This document shows, in pieces, positions 48,728 through 58,335 of a stretch of 64,000 nt of DNA. A model generated the notes under the pieces. The model was given only the letters and a program-made list of their open reading frames with translations, was not told the DNA's origin and searched no databases. Location of the stretch: contig OZ255842.1 in the NCBI GenBank assembly GCA_965277805.1, positions 1,440,001 through 1,504,000 on the forward strand, read 5' to 3'. Numbering within the stretch: position 1 is the first letter of the stretch; each line of letters starts with the position of its first letter. This stretch comes from Candidatus Lustribacter sp. (GTDB lineage Bacteria; Vulcanimicrobiota; Vulcanimicrobiia; Vulcanimicrobiales; Vulcanimicrobiaceae). The position numbers and the translations under genes are program-made.

Positions 48728-50118
48728 CGGATCGCGCCATCGGCCGCATGCGAACGCTGTTCCTCGTGCTGTTCGCATTGCTGGCGCTGCGCCAATTGCA
48801 AATCGCCCTGGTCGACGCGCCGAAGCTCGACGCCGACGCACGTAACCCGCGCCGCGCCGACATCGCCGCCGGGCGCGGCAGCATCGTCGCCAGCGACGGA
48901 ACGCCGCTCGCGCTCACGCGCAACGGCCGGCGCGTCTATCCGCTCGGCACCATCACCGCGCATGTTGTCGGGTACGCATCGCCGCGCTACGGAACGGCGG
49001 GACTCGAAGACGCATTCGATCGCGTGCTCACAGCGCCGGCCCCGGCCGACGGCGTGTGGACCGAACTGCAAAGTTTGCTGAGCGGCGGGAACGGCGCGCC
49101 GCACGGCGCCGAGGTCGTGACGACGCTCGATCTGGGCGTGCAGCGCGTGCTCGCGGCGGCGCTCGGGCAGCGCGCGCGCGCGGCCGGCATCGTAATGGAT
49201 CCGCGCACCGGCGCGGTCATCGCGCTCGCCGCGACGCCGACGTTCGATCCCAACACCCTGGACCGCAAGTGGCCCGCGCTCGTGAAAGACACGGCCTCGC
49301 CGTTGCTCGACCGCGGCACGTCGGGCCTCTATCCGCCCGGCTCGACGTTCAAGATCGTCACGGCCGCCGATGCGCTCGACGCCGGTCTGGTCACGCCGGC
49401 GACCGTGTTCAACGACACCGGCGGCCTCCAAGTCGGCAACTTCACCGTGCGCAACGATCAGAACGAAGTCACCGGCCGCCAGACGCTGACCGGCGCGTTC
49501 GCGCTTTCGAGCAACGTCGACTTCGCCCAGATCGCACTGAAGATCGGTCCCGACCTGTGGCTCCAGGATGCGGGCAAGTGGGGCCTCGGGCAGACGATGA
49601 ACTTCGATCTGCCGGTGGCGCGCGATCGAGTGCCGGCCCGCGACGAATTGATCCCCTCCGTGCTCGCCCAATTGGGCTTCGGCCAAGCGTCGCTGCTCGT
49701 CACGCCGATCCGTATGGCCCTGGTCGCGGCGACGATCGCGGACGGCGGGCGCACGCCCCGGCCGTACTTGGTGCGCAGCATCGCCGGCAGCGAAACGAGC
49801 CTCGCGACGGCACGCGAACAGCTCGCGGCGCCGGTCAGCACCGACACCGCAAACCAGGTCCGGGACTTGATGATCGCGGTGGTGCAGCACGGCACCGGAA
49901 CCGCGGCGGCCCTGCCCGGCGTCACGGTCGCGGGCAAGACCGGCACGGCCACCAACCCGCACGGTCCGGCGCACTCGTGGTTTGTGGCCTTCGCCCCGGC
50001 GCTCGCGCCGCGCGTCGTTGTCGCCGTGATCGTCGAGAACGGCGGGTACGGCGCGGCCGTTGCGGCGCCCATCGTGCGCGACGTCCTACGGGTCGCGCTT
50101 GCTCGAAAGCGAACGTAA
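48724..50118 (+). CDS. pbpA: Class B penicillin-binding protein (PbpA-like)
   Basis: N-terminal TM, RGSI, YPPGSTFK (SxxK), SSN, KTGTA. Start at CTG 48724 or ATG 48748. Confidence 0.9.
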   Translation: MTDRAIGRMRTLFLVLFALLALRQLQIALVDAPKLDADARNPRRADIAAGRGSIVASDGTPLALTRNGRRVYPLGTITAHVVGYASPRYGTAGLEDAFDRVLTAPAPADGVWTELQSLLSGGNGAPHGAEVVTTLDLGVQRVLAAALGQRARAAGIVMDPRTGAVIALAATPTFDPNTLDRKWPALVKDTASPLLDRGTSGLYPPGSTFKIVTAADALDAGLVTPATVFNDTGGLQVGNFTVRNDQNEVTGRQTLTGAFALSSNVDFAQIALKIGPDLWLQDAGKWGLGQTMNFDLPVARDRVPARDELIPSVLAQLGFGQASLLVTPIRMALVAATIADGGRTPRPYLVRSIAGSETSLATAREQLAAPVSTDTANQVRDLMIAVVQHGTGTAAALPGVTVAGKTGTATNPHGPAHSWFVAFAPALAPRVVVAVIVENGGYGAAVAAPIVRDVLRVALARKRT

Positions 50119-50124
50119 CGTACG

Positions 50125-52203
50125 TTGGAACTCGAACACGTCTTCAACGGCCGCTATCGCGTCGACACCCGTTTGGGTACCGGCGGGATGGCGATCGTGT
50201 ACTGCGGGACCGATCTGTTGCTGCGCCGCCGCGTGGCGATCAAGGTACTGCGCGACCAGTTCTCGGCCGACGACGACTTCATCAAGCGCTTTTCGTATGA
50301 AGCGCAAGCAGCCGCACGGCTCTCGCATCCCAACGTCGTCAACGTCTACGACTTCGGACACGAAGGCGATGCCTATTTCATCGTGATGGAACTGGTCGAG
50401 GGCGAGACCCTGGCGGCGATGCTGCGCGGCGAGCGCCGCGTGCCCGAATCCGTCGCCATCGATTATGCCACGCAGATCGCCGCCGGACTCGCGTTCGCGC
50501 ACCGTCAAGGCCTCTTGCACCGCGACGTCAAGCCGGCCAACATCCTCGTCACCGGCGACGACGTCGTCAAACTCGGCGACTTCGGCATCGCGCGCGCGGT
50601 GGCCGAGAACGCGATCGGCGTAACGCAGCCCGGCATGGTGATGGGCAGCGTCGCTTACGTGTCGCCCGAACAAGCGCAGGGCCGCGAACTCGATGCGCGC
50701 TCCGATCTGTATTCGCTCGGCGTCGTGCTCTACCAAATGGTTACCGGCCGCTTACCGTTCAACGGTGAAACGCCGGTCGCCGTGGCGCTCAAGCACGTCT
50801 CCGAACCCGCACCGGTGCTCGATCCGGTGCGCGACGGCGTGAGCCCGGCACTGGCATCGATCGTCGCCACGCTGCTGCAGAAGAACCCCGAAGAACGCTT
50901 CGCCTCGGCGACCGAACTCGGCCGCGCGCTGCGCGAAGCGCGCGAGCAGCCGGCGATGAGCATCGGTGCGGCAGCGCGTGCGGCCGGCGACGCGCCGACG
51001 TCGCACTTCCGCACCGTCACAGCGCCCACGCCGCCGCCGCGCGCGTCGGCTGCGCCCGACTACCCGCCGGCCAACGGCGTCGCCGCCGTCGATGACCCGA
51101 TGCCGCCGGCGTTCGACCGGCGCTGGATTCCGTTCTTTGCGCTGATGCTGGTCGTCGCCGGCGTCGTCGGCTATCTCGGCGCGCGCGCCATCGGGCCGCG
51201 CAAAGACATCGCGATCGCCGACTTCGTCAACCGGAGTTCGATGCAGGCGCAGCAGTCGCTGGTCGCCGCCGGATTGCGTTCCGACGTGCGCCCTGAAGCG
51301 AGCGAGACCGTGCCGATCGATCGCGTCATCCGTCAGGATCCGCCCCCCGGCACGATGACGTCGCGCGGCGCGACCGTGACGCTGTTCGTGTCCAACGGTG
51401 CACCGCTGGTGGCGATACCCGACGTCAAGGGCTTCACCAGCTCCGATGCGCAGCACATGCTCGCGGGCGCGAAATTCAAGACGAAGATCGCCGGCCGTTT
51501 CGATGCGAGCGCACCGAAAGACACCGTGCTCGACGTGAGTCCGGCCGTCGGCACGAATGCGAGCGAAGGCAGCACGATCACGCTGACGGTCTCGCAGGGC
51601 CGCCAGCCGGTGCGCGTTCCGCAGCTCGTCGGCGTCACGGTCGATGCGGCGCGCGCGCAATTGGCAAAACTCGGCTTGACGCTCAACGTCGATCAGCAGG
51701 TCTCGAACGATCTCATTCCCAGCGGCACGATCACCTCGCAAGCGCAGGCCGGCGGCACGACCGTTGACCCCGCCTCGACGGTCGGTGTGACGGTGAGCAC
51801 CGGTCCGCCGCTGACGACGGTGCCGGATGTCGGCGGCAAGGCGCCGGCCGATGCGGTCACGGCGTTACAGACGGCCGGCTTTACGCCGCGCATTCAGTAC
51901 ATCGTTGATGCTACCAATGCCGGAGGCAACGTTTCGGCGCAAAATCCGCCCGCGAACGCGACCGCGCCGCGCCGTTCCGACGTCACGATCAGCGTATCGG
52001 TTCCCGGCACGGTTCCCGACGTCACCAACATGGCGCTCGACGATGCCAAAGCCGCGATCGTCGCGAGCGGCTATACGATCGGCAACGTCGCGGTCACGCA
52101 GGACGGGCCGACCGGCAAGGTCGCGCGCACAGAACCCGAAGCCAACGCCGCGCTGCGGCCGGGTGAAGCGGTGACGATCTACTATCACGGCGTGACGCCG
52201 TAA
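50125..52203 (+). CDS. pknB: PASTA-domain Ser/Thr protein kinase (PknB/Stk1)
   Basis: LGTGGMA, VAIK, HRDVKPAN, DFG, YVSPE, TM, multiple PASTA repeats. Confidence 0.93.
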   Translation: MELEHVFNGRYRVDTRLGTGGMAIVYCGTDLLLRRRVAIKVLRDQFSADDDFIKRFSYEAQAAARLSHPNVVNVYDFGHEGDAYFIVMELVEGETLAAMLRGERRVPESVAIDYATQIAAGLAFAHRQGLLHRDVKPANILVTGDDVVKLGDFGIARAVAENAIGVTQPGMVMGSVAYVSPEQAQGRELDARSDLYSLGVVLYQMVTGRLPFNGETPVAVALKHVSEPAPVLDPVRDGVSPALASIVATLLQKNPEERFASATELGRALREAREQPAMSIGAAARAAGDAPTSHFRTVTAPTPPPRASAAPDYPPANGVAAVDDPMPPAFDRRWIPFFALMLVVAGVVGYLGARAIGPRKDIAIADFVNRSSMQAQQSLVAAGLRSDVRPEASETVPIDRVIRQDPPPGTMTSRGATVTLFVSNGAPLVAIPDVKGFTSSDAQHMLAGAKFKTKIAGRFDASAPKDTVLDVSPAVGTNASEGSTITLTVSQGRQPVRVPQLVGVTVDAARAQLAKLGLTLNVDQQVSNDLIPSGTITSQAQAGGTTVDPASTVGVTVSTGPPLTTVPDVGGKAPADAVTALQTAGFTPRIQYIVDATNAGGNVSAQNPPANATAPRRSDVTISVSVPGTVPDVTNMALDDAKAAIVASGYTIGNVAVTQDGPTGKVARTEPEANAALRPGEAVTIYYHGVTP

Positions 52204-52712
52204 TGCGCGTGCTCGGCGTCGATCCCGGGTTGCGCACCACCGGTTATGGCGTGCTCGACGCCGTCGGCGGGACGTATCGTCTGATCGAGGGCGGCGTGCT
52301 GCGGCCGAAAACGACGCTCTCGCTCGAAGCGCGGCTCGAGCAGCTGCACACGGCGATGCTCGAAGTCGTGCGCGCGACGCGGCCGGATTGCATGGTGGTC
52401 GAGGAGTTGTGGTCGGCGCCGAAGCATCCGCCGACGGCCGTGCTGATGGGCCACGCGCGCGGCGTGATCGCGCTCGCCGCCGGTTTGTGCGAGGTCGCGT
52501 TCGAAGAGCTCTCACACGTGACGGTCAAGCGCGCGCTCACCGGCAACGGCGCGGCGCGCAAAGAACAGGTCAAATCGATGGTGTGCGTCCACCTCGGCCT
52601 CACCGTCGCACCGCAGCCCGACGACGTCTCCGACGCGCTCGCGCTTGCGCTCGTCTTCGCGATGCGCGGGCGCGACGTGGTGGCGATAGCGCGCGCTGCG
52701 GCGGCACGGTAG
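52203..52712 (+). CDS. ruvC: Holliday junction resolvase
   Basis: VLGVDPG..TGYG, VVEE, ARGV, DDVSDALA. Confidence 0.95.
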   Translation: MRVLGVDPGLRTTGYGVLDAVGGTYRLIEGGVLRPKTTLSLEARLEQLHTAMLEVVRATRPDCMVVEELWSAPKHPPTAVLMGHARGVIALAAGLCEVAFEELSHVTVKRALTGNGAARKEQVKSMVCVHLGLTVAPQPDDVSDALALALVFAMRGRDVVAIARAAAAR

Positions 52713-52715
52713 CCC

Positions 52716-53348
52716 ATGTTCTCGCGGATTGCCGGCACGTTGCTCGAACGCGACGGCGAAGCCGTTCGCCTCGAAACGGGCGGGCTCACGTACGACATCG
52801 TGCTGCCGCCGAGCGTGGCCGGCAAGATCGACGTTGCGGCCGGCGCACCCTTGGCGCTCGAGGTCTACGCGCAGCTGCAGATCGACGGCAACTCCGGGCG
52901 TTACGTCTTTTTCGGTTTCACGAACACGGTCGAGCGCGAATTCTTCGAAGCGTTGATCTCGGTCGCCGGCGTCGGTCCGAAGGCTGCTTCGCGCGCGTTC
53001 TCGGCGCCGATGGGCCGGATCGCGCGTGCGATCGATGCCGGCGACCACGTCTTTCTCAAGACGTTGCCGGGGATCGGCCAGCAGAAGGCGCGCGACATCG
53101 TGGCGAAACTCCAGGGTAAAGTGGGACGCTTCTTGCTGATCCAAGATGCACCGCCGCGCCCCGAAGCCGCGGCGATGCCCGATTTTGCGGCCGAAGCGCT
53201 GGCGGTGCTGCTGCAACTCGCCTATCGCCGCCCCGAAGCCGAGGCGATGATCACCGAAACGCTCGCCGCCGCACCGCAGGTCCGCGACGCCGAAACGCTG
53301 CTGGCCGAAATCTACCGCCAGCGCAATCGCGAAGGCGCACCCAAGTGA
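52716..53348 (+). CDS. ruvA: Holliday junction DNA-binding protein
   Basis: FFGF....ER..F..LI.V.GVGPK, LPGIGQQKA. Confidence 0.9.
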   Translation: MFSRIAGTLLERDGEAVRLETGGLTYDIVLPPSVAGKIDVAAGAPLALEVYAQLQIDGNSGRYVFFGFTNTVEREFFEALISVAGVGPKAASRAFSAPMGRIARAIDAGDHVFLKTLPGIGQQKARDIVAKLQGKVGRFLLIQDAPPRPEAAAMPDFAAEALAVLLQLAYRRPEAEAMITETLAAAPQVRDAETLLAEIYRQRNREGAPK

Positions 53349-54415
53349 GCAGCGGCGACGTGCGCAAGAAGATCATCGGTCCGGGCGATGCCGAACCGCG
53401 CGCGATCGACGGCGATGCATCGCTCGAAGATGCGGTGTACGGTGCGACCTTGCGGCCGCGCACGTTCGAAGACTACGTCGGACAGCGGCAGATCGTCGAG
53501 AACCTGCGCATCGCGATCGATGCCTCGAAGCGGCGCGGCGAACCGCTCGAACACGTGCTGTTCTCGGGACCGCCCGGGCTCGGCAAGACGACGCTCGCAA
53601 ATCTGATCGCGAAAGAGCTCGGCGGTACGCTGCACGGATCGTCGGGACCGACGCTCGAGAAGCCGAAGGACCTGGTCGGCATCCTGACCGCGCTCGAGGC
53701 CGGCGACGTGCTCTTCATCGATGAGATCCACCGGCTCGGTGCGGTCGTCGAAGAATACTTGTACCCGGCGATGGAAGATTTCCAGATCGACTTCGTGGTC
53801 GATCGCGGCGCCTACGCCAAGACGCTCAAGCTGCCGCTCAAGCGGTTCACGCTGGTCGGCGCGACGACGCGTGCGGGCATGCTCTCGGCGCCGCTGCGCG
53901 ATCGCTTCGGGCTGATGTACCACCTCGATTACTACGAACCGGCTGAGCTGCAGCACATCGTCGAGCGCAGCGCGCGCGTGCTCGAAGTGCGCATCGAAAC
54001 CGACGGCGCCGCGACGATCGCACAGCGCAGCCGGGGCACGCCGCGCATTGCCAACCGTTTGTTGCGGCGCGTGCGCGACTTCGCCGAAGTGCGTGCCGAC
54101 GGCATCGTGACGCGCGAGGTCGCCGACGAGGCGCTGCGGCGCGAGGGCGTCGACGAGCGCGGCCTCGACCGGCTCGATCGCGCCTACCTGAAGACAATAG
54201 CGGAAGGCTACGGCGGGGGGCCGGTAGGCATCAACGCGATCGCCGCGACGCTCACTGAAGATCTCGAGACGCTCGAGGACGTCGTCGAGCCGTATCTGCT
54301 CAAGATCGGTTTCGTGCAGCGCACCGCTAACGGCCGCAAGACGACGGCCGCGGCCTTCGCGCACTTGGGCTTGACCGCGCCGGCCGGCATCGACCAGCCG
54401 GGGCTGTTCACGTGA
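53345..54415 (+). CDS. ruvB: Holliday junction branch migration ATPase
   Basis: LRPRTF..YVGQ, GPPGLGKT, DEIHR, GATTR, RGTPRIANR. Confidence 0.97.
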   Translation: MSSGDVRKKIIGPGDAEPRAIDGDASLEDAVYGATLRPRTFEDYVGQRQIVENLRIAIDASKRRGEPLEHVLFSGPPGLGKTTLANLIAKELGGTLHGSSGPTLEKPKDLVGILTALEAGDVLFIDEIHRLGAVVEEYLYPAMEDFQIDFVVDRGAYAKTLKLPLKRFTLVGATTRAGMLSAPLRDRFGLMYHLDYYEPAELQHIVERSARVLEVRIETDGAATIAQRSRGTPRIANRLLRRVRDFAEVRADGIVTREVADEALRREGVDERGLDRLDRAYLKTIAEGYGGGPVGINAIAATLTEDLETLEDVVEPYLLKIGFVQRTANGRKTTAAAFAHLGLTAPAGIDQPGLFT

Positions 54416-55368
54416 TCGGCCGGGCGCTGTTCCTCAAGAGCCTGATCGTGGCAACGGGCGGCTTGGATATTTGGGATCCGCCGGGTCCGGACTTTCCGGC
54501 GACCCCGCCGACCCCGGCGCCCGTTCCGCTGCCGCCGGGCGCGCAGAGCCCCTTAGGATCGGTGATCCGGGTCCAACTCGCCAACGGTACGATCGAGACG
54601 CTCGACGTCGAGAAGTATCTCTATGGCGTCGTGCCGCTGGAGTCGCCGCCGAGCTGGCCGCCGGCCGCCCTGCAAGCACAGGCGATCGTGGCCCGGACCT
54701 ATGCGTTGCAGAAGCGTACGCTCTCGCGCGCCTTCGACGTCGTCGCGACGGACGCCGATCAGCGCTACGGCGGCGTGACCGCCGAACATCCTGCCAGCAG
54801 CGCCGCCGTCGATGCGACGCGCGGGCAAACGCTCGGCTTTCTCGGAGGACCAGCAAGTGTGTTCTATAGCGCGTGCTGCGGCGGCCACACCGCCGATGCC
54901 AACGAGCTGTGGGGGCATGCCGGGCTGTCGTATCTGCGCGGCGTCGACGATCCGTACTGCACGGCCGCACCGGATTATCGCTGGCAGCGGACGCTGCCGC
55001 TCGATCGCGCCCGGGCTGCGCTGGCCGATAAGCTCGCCGGCAGCCCGCAAGCGGCCGAGCTCGACGATCCCGACGATTCGGGGCGCCCGCGGACGGTGAC
55101 TTTTCGCGGAGACGGGGGAAGCGTGCTTGCGCTCAGCGTGAGCGACGTGCGCAGCCGCTTCGGGCCCGATACGGTGCGCAGCCTCTGGCTTCGTGAGATC
55201 GACTTCGATCGTACGCAGGCCGTACCGCTCGTCGTCATCGAAGGCTCGGGCCGTGGGCACGGTGTTGGTCTCTGTCAGTGGGGTGCGCGCGGCATGGCTC
55301 TTAATGGAGCCGGCGCGGCGGCTATTCTTGCCCACTATTTCCCGGGCACTGCGGTGACCGGTGGCTGA
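54412..55368 (+). CDS. SpoIID/LytB domain protein
   Basis: EKYLYGVVP.E, LQAQAIVARTYA, GRGHGVGLCQWGA, ILAHYFPG. Confidence 0.9.
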   Translation: MIGRALFLKSLIVATGGLDIWDPPGPDFPATPPTPAPVPLPPGAQSPLGSVIRVQLANGTIETLDVEKYLYGVVPLESPPSWPPAALQAQAIVARTYALQKRTLSRAFDVVATDADQRYGGVTAEHPASSAAVDATRGQTLGFLGGPASVFYSACCGGHTADANELWGHAGLSYLRGVDDPYCTAAPDYRWQRTLPLDRARAALADKLAGSPQAAELDDPDDSGRPRTVTFRGDGGSVLALSVSDVRSRFGPDTVRSLWLREIDFDRTQAVPLVVIEGSGRGHGVGLCQWGARGMALNGAGAAAILAHYFPGTAVTGG

Positions 55369-55729
55369 TCAGGAAAAACGCAAGGCAGCCGGGGCCCTTC
55401 GTCTACGTAAATACATCCCCGTCAGCGTTGAGGAAAAGCTGACCTTCACGCTGTTCCGGGCCTCGATTGCCGACATTTCGGCGACCGGCGCGCGCTTGAT
55501 CACGAGCGAATTCCTTTCCAAGGGAACGCGCTGGGTCATCACGATGAAAGAGACGCCGCACCTGACGCTCGCAGCGGAGGTGCGCTGGGTGAAGATGGAT
55601 CAGAATCCGCGGCCGGGTGCCAACCCGCAATTCCAAGTCGGCATGCAATTTCTCCAGGTGAACGCGGAAGACGCGAAGCGCATCACGGCCTACTTGGAAT
55701 TCGAAAAAGCACGCTCAGAGAAAATCTAA
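55361..55729 (+). CDS. PilZ domain protein
   Basis: EKRKAAGALR (RxxxR-like), DISATGA (DxSxxG), AEVRW, VGMQF. Confidence 0.8.
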   Translation: MADQEKRKAAGALRLRKYIPVSVEEKLTFTLFRASIADISATGARLITSEFLSKGTRWVITMKETPHLTLAAEVRWVKMDQNPRPGANPQFQVGMQFLQVNAEDAKRITAYLEFEKARSEKI

Positions 55730-56818
55730 ATCAGCGATCGCCTCGACGACGCGTCGGCGTACGCGTACGATTTGCCTGAAGAGCGCATCGCGCGGACGCC
55801 GGCGGAACGGCGCGAAGATGCAAAGCTGCTCGTCCTCGGACCGCACGGCGAATTGCACGACCGCACGTTCGCTGCGTTCCCCGAACAGCTGCGCCGCGGC
55901 GACGTGCTCGTGCTCAACGAAACGCGGGTCATCCCGGCCCGGCTGCGCTTCGCTCGTCCCGGCGGCGGCGCGGGTGAATTGCTTCTGCTGCGCCCGGCCG
56001 ACCGCGATGCCTTCGCGTTCGACGCGCGGAGGTGGTATGCGCTGGTGCGTCCGGCGAAACGGCTGCCGGCCGGAACGCGCCTGACGGCCGGCGGCGCGGG
56101 CCTCGCGATCGAAGCGGTCGCGAGCGACGGGCGGCGGATCGTGCGCTTCGATGACGGCGTCGACATCGCGGAATTGCTCGAGCGCGCGGGCGAACTGCCG
56201 CTGCCCCCCTACGTCGGACCCGGCGACGACGCGCGTGCGGCCCGCTACCAGACGGTCTTCGCGCGGGTCCCGGGCAGCGTCGCCGCGCCGACCGCCTCGC
56301 TCCACTTCACCGAAACCGTGCTCGCCGCGATCGCCGCCCGCGGGGTCGAAATCGTGCGGCTGACGCTCGATGTCGGGATCGGAACGTTCCGGCCGATGCG
56401 CGAGGGTCCCATCGCCGCGCACAAGATGCACGGCGAGCGCTACGGCATCTCCACGGAGACGGCTGCCGCCGTCAACCGCGCGAAGGCCGAGGGCCGGCGC
56501 GTGATCGCGGCCGGCACGACTGTGGTTCGGGCGCTCGAGGGCGCCGCCTTGGCGGATGGTACCGTTCACTCCGGCTCCGCCGAAACGGACCTTTTTATCA
56601 CCCCGGGGTTCCGGTTCCGGGTCGTGGACGCGCTGCTGACGAACTTCCACCTGCCCCAGTCGACGCTGCTGGTGCTGGTGAGCGCGTTTGCCGGTTACGA
56701 GCGGACGCGCGCCGCCTATGCGGCAGCCATCGCCCGGGATTACCGATTCTTTTCGTTCGGCGACGCGATGTTCGCAGAACGCACCGACCCGAAGCCGAAG
56801 GAAAGCCGTCATGGGTGA
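55730..56818 (+). CDS. queA: SAM:tRNA ribosyltransferase-isomerase (probable ATC start)
   Basis: YDLPEERIA, NETRVIPAR, PLPPY, RYQTVFA, AAPTA, TNFHLP.STL, RFFSFGDAM. Confidence 0.95.
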   Translation: MSDRLDDASAYAYDLPEERIARTPAERREDAKLLVLGPHGELHDRTFAAFPEQLRRGDVLVLNETRVIPARLRFARPGGGAGELLLLRPADRDAFAFDARRWYALVRPAKRLPAGTRLTAGGAGLAIEAVASDGRRIVRFDDGVDIAELLERAGELPLPPYVGPGDDARAARYQTVFARVPGSVAAPTASLHFTETVLAAIAARGVEIVRLTLDVGIGTFRPMREGPIAAHKMHGERYGISTETAAAVNRAKAEGRRVIAAGTTVVRALEGAALADGTVHSGSAETDLFITPGFRFRVVDALLTNFHLPQSTLLVLVSAFAGYERTRAAYAAAIARDYRFFSFGDAMFAERTDPKPKESRHG

Positions 56819-57164
56819 CACCCCGATCCTGGAAATCTCGCGTCTCGAGGAGATCTTCGAAGACGACTCGGCGGGGATCGCCGATCTGCTCGAAGCGGCG
56901 ATGGGAACCGGGGCCACCAATCAGGCCACGCTGCGCGATGCGCTCGCGCGGCACGCGCTCGATGACGTCATGCGGGCGGCCCACGCGATCAAGGGTAGCA
57001 CCGCCAACATCGGCGGCAACGAGGTCGCGGCGGTCGCCGCCCGGATCGAGGATGCCGCACGGGCGCAAACGTGGGACGGGATCGAGCCCGCGGCAATCGA
57101 ACTCGACGAAGCCTACGAGCGCTTGCGCGAGGCCGTTCGCGCATATCGAGCGGGAATTACGTGA
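56811..57164 (+). CDS. Hpt phosphotransfer protein
   Basis: AAHAIKGSTANIG. Confidence 0.88.
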   Translation: MGDTPILEISRLEEIFEDDSAGIADLLEAAMGTGATNQATLRDALARHALDDVMRAAHAIKGSTANIGGNEVAAVAARIEDAARAQTWDGIEPAAIELDEAYERLREAVRAYRAGIT

Positions 57165-58231
57165 ACAGCAACGCCAACAGCACGCCGAACAAAGTCCTCG
57201 TCGTGGACGATGTCGAGACCAACCTCACGGTCTTCGCCAAGGTCGTTGCGCAAATTCCCGAGACCGAGGCCGTGTGCTTCACCTCCGCGGTCAAGGCGCT
57301 CGAATGGGCGAGTCAAAACGAGTGCGTGCTCATCATCGTCGATCAGAGCATGCCCGAACTGAGCGGCATCGAGTTCATCTCGCAAGTCCGCGCGCGCGGC
57401 AACAGCTACACGCCGATCGTGATGATCACCGGGCACAGCGAGAAAGAACTGCAGCGCGAAGCACTCAAGCTGGGAGCCTCGGCGTTCTTGGGCAAGCCGG
57501 TCGATCCGGTGGCGTTCGTCAGCCTGGCACGCAATCTGATCCAGCTGCGCGGCGCGCGCCTGGAAACGATGGCGAAGGCCGGCGCGGCCCACGCCGATCA
57601 GCAATCGGCAACCGAAGCGCTCTTCGCACAAGAGCGCGCCACGCTCGAAGCACTGGTGAAGATCATCGATCTGCGCGACCCGCGCACCGGCGACCACTGC
57701 CGGCGCGTCGCGCTCTTCAGCGAAGCGATTGCGAGCAAGCTGGGCCTCTCAATGATCGAGGTAACGCAGCTGGCGCAAGCCGCGCGCATCCACGACATCG
57801 GCAAACTATCGATGCCCGATCGCGTGCTCTACAAGACATCGCGACTGCTCGGTGAGGAGCGCGATGCGGCGAAGAAGCACGTGATCGACGGAACCGCGAT
57901 GCTGGCCGGTCTCAATACGCCGATCCTGCATGCCGCAGCCGAGATCGTGCACTCGCATCACGAACGCTTCGATGGCTCCGGCTACCCGGCAAAACTGGCC
58001 GGACCCGCCATACCGCTTTTCGCGCGCATCGTCGCAGTGGCCGACACGTTCTCGGCGCTCACCTCGCGTCGCCCGTGGCGCGAGGCCGCTTCGGTAAGCA
58101 TCGCCGTCGAACAGATCGAGAAAGAATCGGGCTTCGGGTTCGAGCCGAAGATCGTCGGCGCGTTCCGGGACGTGATGCCGGAGTTGCTCGACATCCGGGC
58201 CGAAGTTCCGGATCTCGTCGCCGCGAAGTGA
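57161..58231 (+). CDS. Response regulator with HD-GYP phosphodiesterase domain
   Basis: VLVVDD, VDQSMP, KP; HDIGK, HHERFDGSGYP. Confidence 0.92.
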   Translation: MNSNANSTPNKVLVVDDVETNLTVFAKVVAQIPETEAVCFTSAVKALEWASQNECVLIIVDQSMPELSGIEFISQVRARGNSYTPIVMITGHSEKELQREALKLGASAFLGKPVDPVAFVSLARNLIQLRGARLETMAKAGAAHADQQSATEALFAQERATLEALVKIIDLRDPRTGDHCRRVALFSEAIASKLGLSMIEVTQLAQAARIHDIGKLSMPDRVLYKTSRLLGEERDAAKKHVIDGTAMLAGLNTPILHAAAEIVHSHHERFDGSGYPAKLAGPAIPLFARIVAVADTFSALTSRRPWREAASVSIAVEQIEKESGFGFEPKIVGAFRDVMPELLDIRAEVPDLVAAK

Positions 58232-58335
58232 GTTAAGCGAGCGCTCAACGCCGTTGTCGCCTCGTGCGACTCGCGGACCGAAATAACCGTGCCTTAACGC
58301 TTGGCCGGTGCCTAAAGTGACCATGTTGTGGTACG

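Noticed and set aside
50132-50147. SOS box for ruvCAB (TCGAAC-ACGT-CTTCAA)
   Set aside because: Two mismatches, inside the pknB coding start, 2 kb from ruvC
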